A DNA stretch of 64,000 nt, from positions 4,977,434 to 5,041,433 of the forward strand of contig CM082593.2 in assembly GCA_040954595.2 (NCBI GenBank), given 5' to 3'. The number at the start of each line of letters is the position of its first letter. Position 1 is the stretch's first letter. A program made the position numbers and the translations under genes. The notes under the pieces are model-generated. The model made no database searches and was not told where the DNA came from. It saw only the letters and a program-made list of their open reading frames with translations. Positions 27,975-42,000 of the stretch are shown one piece after another. The DNA comes from Balanoglossus misakiensis. Taxonomy: Eukaryota > Animalia > Hemichordata.

Positions 27975-28259
27975 TGTCATCCGACGAAATGAACATCGTG
28001 GAGCGCCTCGCACAAGGAGTATACACCAAACCAACAGGCGAAAGGAAGTCGAAAATGTCCGAGATTGAGGCGATGGAACTGGTGGCCGAAGATCTGTCGG
28101 TGTCTTCCGCGGAATTCAAAGAGAGAAGAAATCGCCACCAAACCAGGCCTAGGAAAGACCCTTCTTGTCTCCAAGACGACAAGATGGGCCCCGGTGTTGA
28201 TGACAAGGACGTGAAAGACGCGCAAGACGTTGACAAGGATGTACCAATCCCAACTAAAA
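27975..28259 (+). CDS. Pitx: Pitx putative distal-isoform exon (symmetric phase 1-1 cassette)
   Basis: tttgttcttcag|...CCAACTAAAA|gtaagc. 285 nt, open, coding-like and charged (SSDEMNIVERLAQGVYTKPTGERKSKMSEIEAMELVAEDLSV...DVDKDVPIPTK). Splices in frame to the homeodomain exon and has an internal ATG at 27989. Confidence 0.65.
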
Positions 28260-31200
28260 GTAAGCTGTCTTTACTTTTATATTTAAAAATAATTTACTTT
28301 CATTTCAAAGCAACACACTTTTGATAAACACACACACACCGAAACCGTGACGCAAAAATGTCACTTGTAGTGCGTTGCTGACCGTACGTATACCTTGCGC
28401 GAAACTCAAGACAAACGCTTTTTAGTCTTTTGGCGCGTTGACGAGAACACCGGGTCGTTTTCTCCAAGACTTAGTAGTCTACTGGACGTGACATGAACGT
28501 ACGCTGTGCTATCATCCCCCCCCCAAACTGGTGCATCACAAGAAAAATGTTTCCATTGTAAGACGATCTAAAAATGTGCATCTGTAGCTAGTCTTTATTC
28601 AGTATGTCTGAAGTCTGCGTTTCTTGAAGTGTCTGTACAAATGGCCTGCTGGTTGGCAACTGAACATAACATCTATTAAAACAACTTTTTGACCGAGCCG
28701 AGCTTCTCTCGAAGACAATCAGAACACAACCCTCCAATATTTGGCGGGATAATCTCAGTCTTGCGCATGCCTAATGACGCCGCCGCGAAAGAGTGGACTG
28801 GGAATTATTTCAATCGTCCGAACGACAGTAAATAAATGAAAAAAATGGGACGACGAGATTTCGTCGCTGATTGGTATATTCATCAACAGCGATCATCTTG
28901 TCTCTCCCGAGTTGCGTAATTTCTGCAGGATCTTACTCGGTCCCAGGACGAGCCTCGCGCGGTGTCCGTCTATTTATATCCCAGCACCTACCCCGACCTA
29001 TGCAGCTGGCTATAAGTCGCAATCAAAATACATGTTTAACAAAGAAGGTTCTTGAGGTTTTTGACGAGGAAGTTCTTCCCAAAAGGCGAATTTCCTGTTC
29101 TTCGGCGCATCAGAGGAACTTAATCATCTTGACTATCTTGCAAAAGTCATCCATATTTCTTTTAAAGTGAAAGAGCTTTCTTGAGCAAGCGCCTCCATGC
29201 GTCACGCTTCCCCGGAGACGCTGAGATGCTACCGTCACACCTGTGCCCACGTATCTTAATAGCGCCCCCATGCGGGCTCAAGTTTTTCTCTTGGCCGCAC
29301 ACGAGCTGCGCGCTACCGGTCTTCCGCAGTGTCTTTTGTTTGAGGGGACAGTAACCTAACAATAAGGAAATGGTGATGTTCTCAGCATGTGAAAGTGTCA
29401 CTCTAAACTCTTACTTCAGTATATTAACTTGTATAGTAAGTTTCCAACCCACTTTATTATCGTTCACACGGTAAAAAAGCCCTGACGCTAAAGCCAGCAA
29501 TTAAATAATCTCGATGTTTAATAGCAGTAGAATTTTAAGAAACTACAGTGAATACAGAAAAAAACCTGAAAACATAGGCATCATTTATAGCCAGAACAGG
29601 TTTTTAAATGGAGTTTATATGTTGAGGGCGCTATTGACTGTTTCTAACAGCCTCGCCCACACGTTGCCAGTGCTGAAGTCTGAAGGTGCTATTACACGTC
29701 CAAAATTCATTTTGTATTTTAACAAGTCAAATACCTTTCAGTCAAATGCCCCTAAACAGAATTTCGTAAATTACCACCAGTAAAAGATAGAATGCCCTAA
29801 TTGTTCTTTCTGGAATGTAATACCTTAATTTTGGTTTTATCAAAATGAATAGCAATGATAGAGGAAGTTTCAGACAACAAGATAAATTAGTCGCATAGTC
29901 TATCGCATTATTATAAGCAATGGCGGGCCGAGAATCACACATGCTCCCTATTGATATCATCTGTTACGAAAATGATGAATACGCCTGTCTGAAGTTAGCA
30001 ATACATTTGTCTCTCTCTTGACGAAGGTCGAACATTTTAAAGTTTATGGTGTAAATTTTATAACCATTCTGAGTAGAACAGGATAGCCTAAATAAAACTA
30101 TCGCCACCGCATCTGAATTCGAAGTAAGTAATATTTGTAGGACGTCATCCGAAATTATTTTCCGCCATTCTGGCAGTTTCACTCGATGATTTGAAGGAAA
30201 TTGGAATTCAATTAAACTTCCGCTGTCATAGTTAGAAATTTCCCCCAGCGCGACTCTAGTGCGTCGCTTCACCACCTTGATTTATTTGCCGAATGCATCG
30301 GATATGACATTAAACAGTAGTTAGAACTCAGGGAGCACGCACGGTGAAACGACACTCGGTATTTCCGCCAAAAATTAGTCATGCATTAAGATGGAGGTCC
30401 TCCATTGCCCGCGTCCATTCGGGGGGATTTACGAAGGCTCATTGAACGCGTGCGGCGAATATTAATGAGCGATTATGCAAATCAATGGCTCCATGGGGAG
30501 TCGTTCTCCATATAGGGTTAATTTCTTTATTAATGTAATACTGGCTTGCTATCATAGGCAGTTGACTGACGCAAACTTTGGATCTTCGGCTTTATTGCCG
30601 TATAAAATATTTTTTGTTCTCTTTGAAATTTGAGCTCAGGCTGTTTCGAGTAGGCTCCACAGTTTCATTAATTCCTTATTTATATTCTTATGACTTTGAT
30701 AAACAATGTAACCGGGAAGCCCACTGATTCGGAATACATCCTTTATAAAGACTATTAGAAACCTACTACATGTTCTCAATCGGGAACATCTTAGGGAGCA
30801 TTGGGGTTTCAGTGCCCCCCCCCCCCCTTCAGTTCGACGTGCTCTACCCAATCACAGTTCTTTACTTCACCATTGATTGCCAATGCATTATTCTGTGACG
30901 GTACCAGTGTCAGTTGAAAGGTGCTCCTCCTTTTTGTCGCAAATCCGCAACGACTAATGATGTCCACGAAAAGGACAACTTGACCGCTATCTCGTCTCAT
31001 TGTTGTTTGCTTTATTGTGATAGAGAATCGTGTCTTGCAACCACTACGATCGTTGCTATGGTTATGGATGCTTTCCCTTTCGATGTCGAAGTTACCCTTA
31101 CCTTACCCTGAAAGAATAAAGTTTTAAATCGAATAAACAAGAAAAAATAGCAAGGTTCAAATGTGATTTAGGGCCAACAAATGTTTTGAACCGTATCGGC

Positions 31201-32869
31201 ATACGTCACTGAGTGACACCAAGAAAAGAAATCTCGCGAGAGGTCAGGTTGTCGCAAGGCCAGCGAGTACCAGTGCGCATGCTCGACCTCGTATTCTAAA
31301 TCTCTGAATAATTTGTCACTTCCTCGGCAATTTAGTTGACATTTTCAATAAACATTAATCCAAAGTGAGCCGTCGCTTCGGCTGCACACATTCATTGTAA
31401 GTCACCGCATCTGTTTTGTTTGTTGTGCTGATCAGTGATTTAGTTTCTGACTCACGGTGCACTCAGCCACTTTTGTTTGTTTTTATCAAATTTCAATAAA
31501 GTTACTTCGCCGGAGGATGAAGTGGTATTAGCTGAAATCAGAACTCCTTAATCATTAGCAAACGCGTTAAATTGGGTCTTGTTTTTATCAGCCAGGATCT
31601 AAGTCTAGCGCCAAAGTTATTATTCACATCCGTGGTATTAAATATTCTGATGAATGTCCCGTAACCTAAAATATTAACCTTAACTCACATCAAAATAATC
31701 GTTGCCTGAAGTTTTCGAGAAAATATAGCTTAGCTCTGTTCAGTAACCACCAGCTCTCGCAAAATACAGCTCAATTATTCTTTGCATTTCAATCAAGCAC
31801 TGATCTCAGCCATCCTAATTTAAACTGTCTCTGACCCTTTGTTATTTAGGCGCGAAAGACATCACTCAGCTAAAAAAGATCGCGATTCAATCGAATCTTT
31901 GAAATCCCCAGAAAATTTGGCGGGCAAAATCGGCTTGATCCTCTGCATCAACCACAATTTTGAAATAATTGATTAATGGCCGACAAGTATATCGCGGGAA
32001 TGACAGGTTCAAACTAATGACTGAAATGTAATCCCCTTAATTTGCATATTAAATCCCGCCAAAGTTTCTCGCCGTCAATTAATTTGTACGAAAAGCAGAA
32101 TTTTGGCTCAAAATTACCCTGACAGAGAGCAGTGACATTTCAAGGCTTCGGGCGTCCTTCGAATCAGTCAGAAGTTTGTAAAGAGTTGGACAAGTTTTAC
32201 TCCAGTGTCACCGAGGAACGACAACATGTTTCACAGCTACGAACGACGAGTAATAATGGCGCCCAAACCGACAAAACGTATGTATATACACTAATTTGAA
32301 ATGTCCTTAAATGGGCAGTTTTCACTTGTGGATTCAAGCCAAATGCATCGTTACACCGGAGAGTCGTTGTTATCGCGTTATAATTGACCAGAAAATCGTG
32401 AAATTGTCTGCTCAAAATAAGGCTAAACAGGTTTTATATACACCTACTATAATTCTAAGGTTGACCGACTTTGTGTCCGAGCGATGAAAATTCCTTGACA
32501 AAATAACAGCGGTTTTACACGAGGATTTGTCGTGTCCTGTGGAGTTGTGGAGTATTGAAAATACTGAGGGCTACTTTCATGATCTCTCATGGTAGAGAAT
32601 GTATCACAGTGAAATAGGCTGAACTGGTCTATAGGAGTCCGCCCCGGCTTAGTTGGTGTGCCCAAGTAAGCCAAGCAAGGCCTGACACAAATCTGAACGC
32701 CGCCGTGAAATAACCACTAAAGCAAGGAAAATCTAGTGAAATAGGCGGAATTGAAGCCAACAGATTGCCCTGAACGTTGGTGGGATAGTCTGACAGCCCA
32801 CAGAAAGTCCATTTAAATTCCAACGACTAACTTCTAAATAACGGCAGTAAACCAAACGACTGGCCCGGT

Positions 32870-33025
32870 TAATCCAGCGGCATTAAATCCCGCTGTTTAG
32901 CTCTGAGACTGGCTTATGCAGAGAAAGAATCGTGGCACCCAGCGGGATTAGACCATTATAAACAGACAGTTGCGGGAGAATTGATTTTCATTTACGAAGT
33001 TATCCTTCGAAGAAAATCAGGATTA
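32870..33025. promoter_or_regulatory. Cluster of K50 homeodomain (TAATCC/GGATTA) sites, candidate enhancer
   Basis: TAATCC 32870-32875, TAAATCCC 32884-32891, GGATTA 32945-32950 and GGATTA 33020-33025. Confidence 0.4.
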
Positions 33026-36000
33026 CAGAAAAGTGATTTTAAGCAGGTCATTTTAGTAGAATTTCCCCTCCCGATAGCGGTTGAGACGATTTTCAACGCA
33101 AGAGAAAAAAATGGCGTCTTCCCCGTGGGCACGGTGCAGTGCCTGTAGGCGAGTCTAAATTGAATACATTGAGACACTGTGTGCTCTTCCCTGTTTAAAG
33201 CAGATGATTCATCGCATCCAGCCAATTCTCTGTCAGGTGTCATTGCCAAGCGCCGTGCCACCGACGACTGCATGAACGAACCACAGAAATATCTAGTTCT
33301 CTTGACCACGCTGACATTCCATCAGACAACATATAACATGTGCGCCTTCGTGTTGAAAGGATTTTCAAGTTGAAAGACATGTACACAACAACTCCTCTAA
33401 CGCCGTTGTCAGGGCGACCCATTTCAGTAAACGGCACCAAAAACACACCTAAACGCCACCTTTTTATTATAAAGCATAGGTATTTAGGCCCCTTTTAAGT
33501 CACAGGACTATAAACATATCGCTAAAGCTAAAATCCGCGTGAGAAGCTATCCCGAGGGGGTTAAAACTTAGCGCGGCACGGCGTACCGATAGCGCGGGAC
33601 CCTGCTGCAAAATCAACGAAAAATGAATTATTAGCGCGCCATCTTTCGTGATTACAGGCCCATTTTTTATTATTTACTAAAACTGAGAGAATTCCCCCAT
33701 GCAATTCAAATGAAGACGATTTGAAATTTTAGTAAGCACACTTCACGCTAGGAGGATTAGGGATTGATGGGGTTTAGATCATTACCCGCGCGCAGAGTTT
33801 GCGAACACGTCATTCAACATTGGGGGCTGTTTTCTAGCGGATAGGGGAATCCAGCCAGACTCGGTGTTAGTCAAAAGATTACCGAATAAAAATAAATTAC
33901 CGTAGGGCAGACACGAAATTTGAAGAACAGCGACTAGGGGGAATGCATGTAAAACGATATCTTGGCCCTTTCCGTGCAGAATGACATCATTTTATTTTCA
34001 GATTTTTTTAAATTCCCTCCTTTTTCATTTCGATCGTTTAACAGTTTTATTGTGATCATCTGAATAGTAACGGTGATTGTAGATTATTCAGTGTTTCTAG
34101 GTTTTTAAAACTACGTTTTGTCCAGATGTTTTTTTGTGGTTTGTCGGTTTGACTTTGACCAGTGTAGAAAAACGGTGAATAGTTTCAACAGCGTGACCTT
34201 ACAGGCAACTGCAGATTTTGAGCGGGCGTTCTTTTTGGAATAATCTCAGGTATTTACTGTATACTGAGGTCTACTATTCCTTCATATTGTGCATGACAGT
34301 CAAATTCCCGTTTCCCGCCTTTTCAGACCAAAACAACTTCGGAAAATATGACTTGAAAAACCGCCGGTTATTTGAAACAAGCGAGTGTATAACGGAACAC
34401 AACTATTTGTGACAAACAAACCGGGGGTAAACCTCCCGAAGAGTGTCGCCACATTGCCGTCTTCTCTCAAGTTTAAGTTCACGATTCAACATCCAATAAC
34501 CATTTTAGGGGGTCCTCCTTTCGTTTGGTCGGTTCCGTATTGGAAAGCGGAAACTCAGAACGGCTAGAGAAGAGAGCTTTCACGTCGAACGGATATCCTG
34601 AAATTATATAGCCAGAGTAAGTACTCCGAAGGGAGTGTGGCATTTATATACTTTTGGCAGGGGATTACACAGGCGATATTTTTTCACCTGGAGAAAATTT
34701 TATGGAGAACTGTATATTTCTTTGATTGGGAATTGGGAAATGGTAATCTTGTCAATTTGAAAACATGACCAGAATTCATAGTAATGGCTGTGCTTGTCTT
34801 TTTATGCGTGTCTATTGGCCTTTGCGTTGTTGACCTTATCAAAAGTTTTGACTAAGACATTTGACAGAATGTTTACCTCCCGCTGAACACATGTAACGGT
34901 GAAGTTTCGAGATTCTTCAAACGTTGTCAAGAAAATCTTGGTCATTTCAAGGATTATCTTAAATGAAGGCAGTGTCGTCTAAAAGTCAGGCGAGAAGCAT
35001 TAAACTTAGATGAACTGAGACACCACGACAAAGAATGGTTTAAAACCCTGACGAGACAAACATTAGCCACTCGGATATGACGTATTTTGTGTACATCAGC
35101 GTCGGCCACAGACCGGCCTTAGATCATGCATTCAAGCAAGCAATGGCGACATTTTGGAGTCTGTAGAAAACATGGAAAAAATTCCAATCCTCTATATGAT
35201 CTATTCACGCTAGTCAGCCAAACCCAGGACTCGGCGTGAAAAATCAATGAGAAAGGGCTTCCCGTTTTAGCCCATGATTAAGTCGACTTTGAAAAGGGTA
35301 ATGTTTAACAAGGAAGCTCTATTATAAAACAAATATTTTCTATGAAATAATCCATTTGATAATAACAACCAAAAGGTGGTAGGAAACGAGTAGGTAAAAA
35401 TGTGTGCACACATGGGGGGTCTGATATGAAGTATGTTGGACTTCCATTGAATTGTTTTTGATACTAGAAACAAAGCGTGCGCTTTTCTTCGTGTTAACAG
35501 CACAAATATGTCCGCTAACATCTGAGGATTCGTCAAACGGCCCGCCTGGCTATAAATAAAGATGTAATACATTAATAAATTCATAAACAAATTCTTCATG
35601 TGCGGCTAATTATGTTTCTCTCGAATGTTCGAGGAGCGGAGAATCGAGGAGGCGATATATCTCGCATTTAAAATGTACCAAGGAATTGATATTCTTTTTT
35701 CAAGTCGGTTGTCTCGGAGTTAGAGCTAGAACACATGGCTTTAGATCGGTATCACCCAGAATGATTCCGAGGCGGATTTAATAATCAATTAGGCGAGCAA
35801 GCAACGTGCGCAGCACAACATCGTTAAGTAATTCGTAGTTTCTCCAGGAGCCGCGGAAGAGATTATTTTCGCAAGAAAGGGTCCGGGAAAAACACCAGAC
35901 CGCCACAAGAAGTAGGAAATGCGATAACCAGGCGGCGTGCTGGCTATCTGTCGCGATCTCACACCCCGTTAGCCGACGGGTCCCTACCGATCACTGTACG

Positions 36001-39000
36001 AGTCGAACATTTGTCGTCGACATTTTGTTTGTCACTTTTTCGCAAAAAGACCCCTTTTTACGATTTGCTCGTAAATTTCGACTCGCATTCGCGATCACTG
36101 TCGAGGTTTTATCTATTGAGGTCAAAAATATACTCAGAAAAGCGAGGAAGTTCAGCAAACGTGAGAATTTTTGCAACAAATTTCAGCGGGAAAGTCTCGG
36201 AGAAGACGGTGTCGTCTGCGCCGCGACGTATATGCACTACACTGGGCTCAGGCTTAAGTTGCAGGTGATCCTCATGCCGCAAGAGCGAAAGGCGACGGAT
36301 TTGTACGCACACAAACACCCGCGCAGAAAGAGAAATCAGTCAGCCAGAAGATCTTCCAGTTAAAGATGCTGCGTTTAACCTGATTGGTGCGATTATTGCA
36401 GATATTTCAACCCCTGACAGGGACCAAACGAAGAAATCAGGAGCATTTCACTGTTTACCGTATCGGAGGCCAAAAAAAATGCGTCCGATAATGCTCCACG
36501 ATTAAACTTCTCGGTACGCCAATGCGTTTCGCAGATTCGAAATAAATGCATCATTTTAGGGAGAATTGCACGAGTCAAACAATTCAAAATAGTTTGATAT
36601 TGTTATTTCGTTGGTTAGATCGAGGATTAGTAGCAAATCCGCAGTGTGCATTCTCAGTGGACACGGCATCAAAATAGTTCGGCTTATTACCATAACTAGT
36701 CCCATCACAGTACCACAAGTTATGTGTCTGCAAAGCACCGAGCAAATTTCGATTTAAATGTAAATGGCCGGTGGAGTATACATTTCTATTCATAAAGTGT
36801 AAAGGGGGACATTTAGCTATTCTCCTCATAGGGCTTCCACCATTTTTTTTTTTTGCACACTCATTTTTGACAACATGAAAATATTATACAGAAGCTGATT
36901 TTTTGACAAAATAAAATTAATGGAAATCTTCTTTATCGCTTTAATCTCATCAGAATTACATAAATTATTTGACGTAAAAACTCGAAATATTTAAATTTAT
37001 GTAAAACGCCAGATAATTGCAGTTCTCACCAGAAACTGACACAAAAACATACATGGTTTGGGCGGCCTGTGATAATTAATGAAGTCAGATCAATTAAAAT
37101 TTGATATTATTAATGCAACTCTTCGTAATTGACATTTTAAAGACAATAGAGTCTATTAAGTACGGTGTTGTTGGGAAAAATACATTGTAATAATGTTGGG
37201 CATCAAACTGAATAGGAAGATGAACTAGGAACTTCGGTTTATCTGTCATAAAGAACTTTTACCTAAAAAACGTTCAAAGACGGAAATATTGTCACGGTCT
37301 AAAATCTTGCTGCTGATTTGATTGGGTTTGGCATGGCTTGGTTTAATATTTGTGTTTCTAAAACCCGCCACGAAAATATATCTCTGTCTTTCTGGCGCCA
37401 TACGCGCCGTGTCGTGAGCAATCACTGTGTCGTTCACTCATCCGGGTCTCCAGGCTCCCAGGACGAATGCATTGTAAAGTTGATGTTCCCTGTTCCCCCC
37501 TCATGCGATCCTTTCATGATATTAACATAAAGTTTGCACTCTACTGCAAATTAATCGTGACTCGAGCGTTGTCAGAAAACTATTACTGGTGTTAATTCAT
37601 TGAAAATTGAACCACCACCGAGGTACTCACTCTAGGCAGCTGTTGTCCGCTCCTGTCAAGCCCAAACTTTATACTTTATCTCTCTGCATCTTGCCCAGCG
37701 CTACTATTAACTTTCCATTAGCGCGACTTAAAATATATATAAAAACCGTAAGAATTGAAACAAAGAATCTTGCTCGTTCGGCTTAATTTTTCAAGCAGTT
37801 CCTGTGTGTCAACTCACACTGGATTGGGCGCAATTAGCCCGTGTGTTTTTTTGCTCTGTCGTTCTCACTCGTCTCGATTTGCTCCGAGTGTTTAGCGTTT
37901 TTCATTTAGCCCATGTTTTTGTACTGGTGCCGTTTCTATTCCATTCAAGTGCTAGTCTTTACCTGCGTTGTCAGACGATAATGTATTCGCGGTATATCTG
38001 CAATACATCCCATAATTATCGCAAATAATGGACACATGTAATCATACAGTAAGAAGGAAACCAGAAATTTGCACAAAATGTGTAATTATTGTAACATAAT
38101 CGCGCTTAAAATCAGTGAAATGCTTGCCATAGTTAAAGCAATACACAAATCTCTGTCACGTGCAAGATAATTTCCGTGCCAAATTTTCTTGCACGGTATT
38201 CGGAGCTGCGCCAAAATTCGGCAAAACCCAAAACGCGCAGACGACAAGATATTTTAGTTCGATGGCGATGATTATCGGGTAAACGAGGAACGATATTCTT
38301 GCTGCAGATTCACAGGTGAGATAAGGACCTAAACAATGCACTCCCAACCTAATTATTAGGCAATAAATGACTTTTTGTTCAAACAACGCTGGCTCCTCAG
38401 GTACCGGGTATTACGAAAACTTGATAAGACCTCTCTCGGTCGTTGAAACCGACGGGTAGCAACAATCCAACGCGCTCTGCCCCGAGTCGCAACAAACACA
38501 CTTCACGCGAGAATCTCGGGCGAGATGAAAAACATTTAAAGAGTAAAGGTTAAAATAGACCGCAGCGAAAGTAAATTATTTATTTGAAATGCGATAATTT
38601 TGAGCGAATCCACTGCTTCTCTGAGACTTTGCCGTAGAGTTAATGATAACGTCAAATGGACGTTACGACGTGGTAATGATACAGCGTCAGATTTCAGCGC
38701 GCTTTGAGCAGCTTGGCCAAATGAGGCTGGAAACCTATAGGAACACATGAAAACGAATGCTTTGATCACTTGATCGAGTAGCGCGATTCACCTTCATACA
38801 ATAAATCACCCGTAGGCAAGCCACCATCTCTAACTTGCACTTTTCGCGCCAAGTACTTCCGAATCGATAACTATATTTAAGGTTCCATAATTCATAAGGG
38901 TGGTATAACTATTTTCATGAACGATTTTTGCAGGATATAACTTGGTAATGAACATTTACCCAGTTTCAACCAGTGGTTTGTGACATTTCGAGTCATACGC

Positions 39001-42000
39001 TTCTTGTCTTCAAGCAATTTGACAGGAAAATGTTTAAAATTTCGAATGAATAATGCAAGATTGTCGTGGTTTGTAGATTTTTAGTGATGATTTCAAATAA
39101 TCTTGTGTGGTATTTACCGTTGATGTTGTTGTGAATTTAATTCTGTTTCGTTGAGAAAGGTTGATTTTGACTTAAACATGGATCTAACAATACCTGCTAA
39201 CATCACCGAGATATTACTCCATCAGTAGCCAAATACAGAAGTTTCATGATGAGATCAATGTTATTTTTCACTAAAATTTCTGTGGAAAACCACAAATATA
39301 GGCGGTCGAAGACTTCTGTCTCTTGCACAAATATCAAAAATCAAAATTGTCAAAATGCCACCCGGATATCTCATACTTTGAAAATAATCAACCGCCACTC
39401 ATGAAAATTCCGGACGTCACGGTGGGCATTTTAACTTGCACAGCGAAACCCAAACTCCCAACCGTCCCGTAAGCGACGACGATTCAAGAGTTGCTTAACA
39501 CCCGGAAAGTAAAAAAAAAATCACGACCATCAATTTTTAATACACTGTTTAATCTGATACGTTTATAATAAACGAAACCATATAACACCTCGGGCAAATT
39601 GACTCTCGACGCTGTATAAATGTTCCCCGCGCTAAGTGTCGACACCAAAACAATTATCATTGACTATTTGTAGTTTAATCAGCGGAAACGCGAGAACACC
39701 GAGTGATGTTTGTCTAAGTGTATGAATGATCATTTTTACACGTCTTTTGTTTCTGACTGTCCCTCTGGAGACAAAATGGATAGCTTCATTTAGATGCTAA
39801 AATTGCTAATTAAACCGTTGATAGCTCTGGGCAAGTGTACCAGTCAACATGCCGTAATGTTAAGATGTGGTCTCTTTCAAGAGTGGCGATTAAAATAGAA
39901 AAAAACATGTTTTGTTTTAACGCTATAAATAAACGTAGTACGAAACTGTCACGACGCTGATGAACAAAAATATTACGATACCTATTTAGATAATGCTTTA
40001 ACTGTATTTAAGTGACGGAAAATGCTTTTAAATGTCTAAAAATTGTATCTCAGATTTCTCGGAAAAGCATTTATCTGGTTTTGAAATCGTGTAAGCCTGA
40101 ATTAACGGTTGATAAATATTCTCGGTGTAAACACAGTCATCTTGAAAGATCACAGTTAATGGGAATTGCATTATGTATAAGACAATGGCGATCTTACAAA
40201 ATGTAGTATATTGATTTTATGAGCAAACACTCGACAAATGTCCACAAAACGCACTTGGCGGGATTTGAGTCAAAAAGTTGTCACAATCAACGATTTGCGG
40301 AGGATAAAATCGCAGGTTTAAAAGTGGGAAGAGCGAGTACAGGTAAAATGTTACTTGAAAACAGAGGGGGTGGTTGTGAATTGTGCATGAGACTGTAGCG
40401 AGCTTACAGCTCGGTTTTAATTTTCTGATAGCGAGGCGTGTCCACGCCACATGTTGTACGTTCCCGAACAAAATCCCGGCATGTTAAAACGCAGCCCCTG
40501 GAAAAGCCGCACATCGCCAGGATTCCTTGACTGGATAAAGTCTGAACGTCACAAATGAGCTCAGGCAAACCATATCTAAGCTAATGTTTGTTGAGAGGGG
40601 CCCGTAATGTTGCGTATTTAAGCAGATTCGACCATTATACATGGGCCGCTCATCACGCCATACTTTAATGACATAAACACGGGATCAGTGCGCAGCAGTC
40701 GAATGAGTCCCGAAAATCATTTCTTAAAGCGAATAAGCTGGTGATGCAAGCCGCGGCTTTGTTGGCATTTTCAGTCGTCCTTCCCGCGCTGCGTTCATCG
40801 TGTAGTCTGCCCGCGATCCACAAATCACAGCGATCTGTCACATTGCAGAGTTTTGAGAATCGTTTTTCTTCGGTTTTAACTGGAGCGTAATTCCTTAATG
40901 TTCCTGCATTATGGCTGGACAGAATCCCCGGATTAAGAAATCATTTCTTAAGCACCGCGCCCCAGTCATAAAAAATGACAAGATATTTCGCGTGATTACC
41001 CCCAGAGAAAACGGGTGAGATGAATGTGATGCGTCGGTTAGCAGACGATATGGAAATTATATCAATGTAACGTGCTCCAATGAGCTAGATATTTTTCTCC
41101 ATCTTGTCGGGTATTGCGATGTTGTTTACGGAGCGCATTATTTGTGACCCAGGCGGTGTGAGTCAGTGATGTGGGGAATTTCAAACGCCTATATAATATC
41201 GACATGTCCACAGAGTGACAGACACTGTAACACAAGGGTGCACAGACCCCCCGGGGCAGTGAGAAAGTGAGATGTGAATTGAGCAGCACGTTCAAGTACT
41301 AAAAATTATTACCATTGGAGCAGCGATGAGGCTAGGGCAACATCTCAACTATTAGCCGAACTGAAGATGGCATAAACCCCGAGATTATCGCAAATATTAC
41401 GTTAAGAAGCAGAATCGCTGGCATCAACTGCAAAATTAAATCCAATCTTTTTAAGCACACTCTGAGTCTCCGCTGTGACTGAAACGACTCGTCTTTCATC
41501 ATCTGCAGTTTAGACGGAGGCTTAGCTCGAAAGCGCATAGATTCTTCTTGTAGGCTACAAAATATGACACGGATTTCACGAGGCACCAGACGTCGTGAAC
41601 CAGTAAAGCGAACCGTGGAACAATTAAAATCGCAATTTTCATCGGCGATATATAACCAGTTCCATGAGGTTTGTTTTTTAATCATTCGACGTTATGATGA
41701 ACTGGCGTGGCTTACGAGCGATGTCGATTTCCTAGCAGGCGCGGTCGGATCGCTTTCAAACGTACGGCGAAACAGACATAACACGCGCGCATTAATCAGC
41801 CGTAATAAGGAAACGACGCAAGCCTGAAATCGACATACAATTTGACAAGCGAGATATTTTATATAAAGCCTTCTAAAGTTTTACTGTAATTTTCTTTTAA
41901 GGAAATTGATACGGCTGGTTTCAGTGAGCGTATATCATGCGGGTAAAATAAGCGTTGGCCACTGTAATTTTAGCGTTATTTATGTACAGCGAGGAGTGCT

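Noticed and set aside
41554-41668. Exon-like segment within ORF 41564-41827
   Set aside because: The splice phases (2 and 0) are incompatible with the phase-1 Pitx intron, and I recognise no homology.
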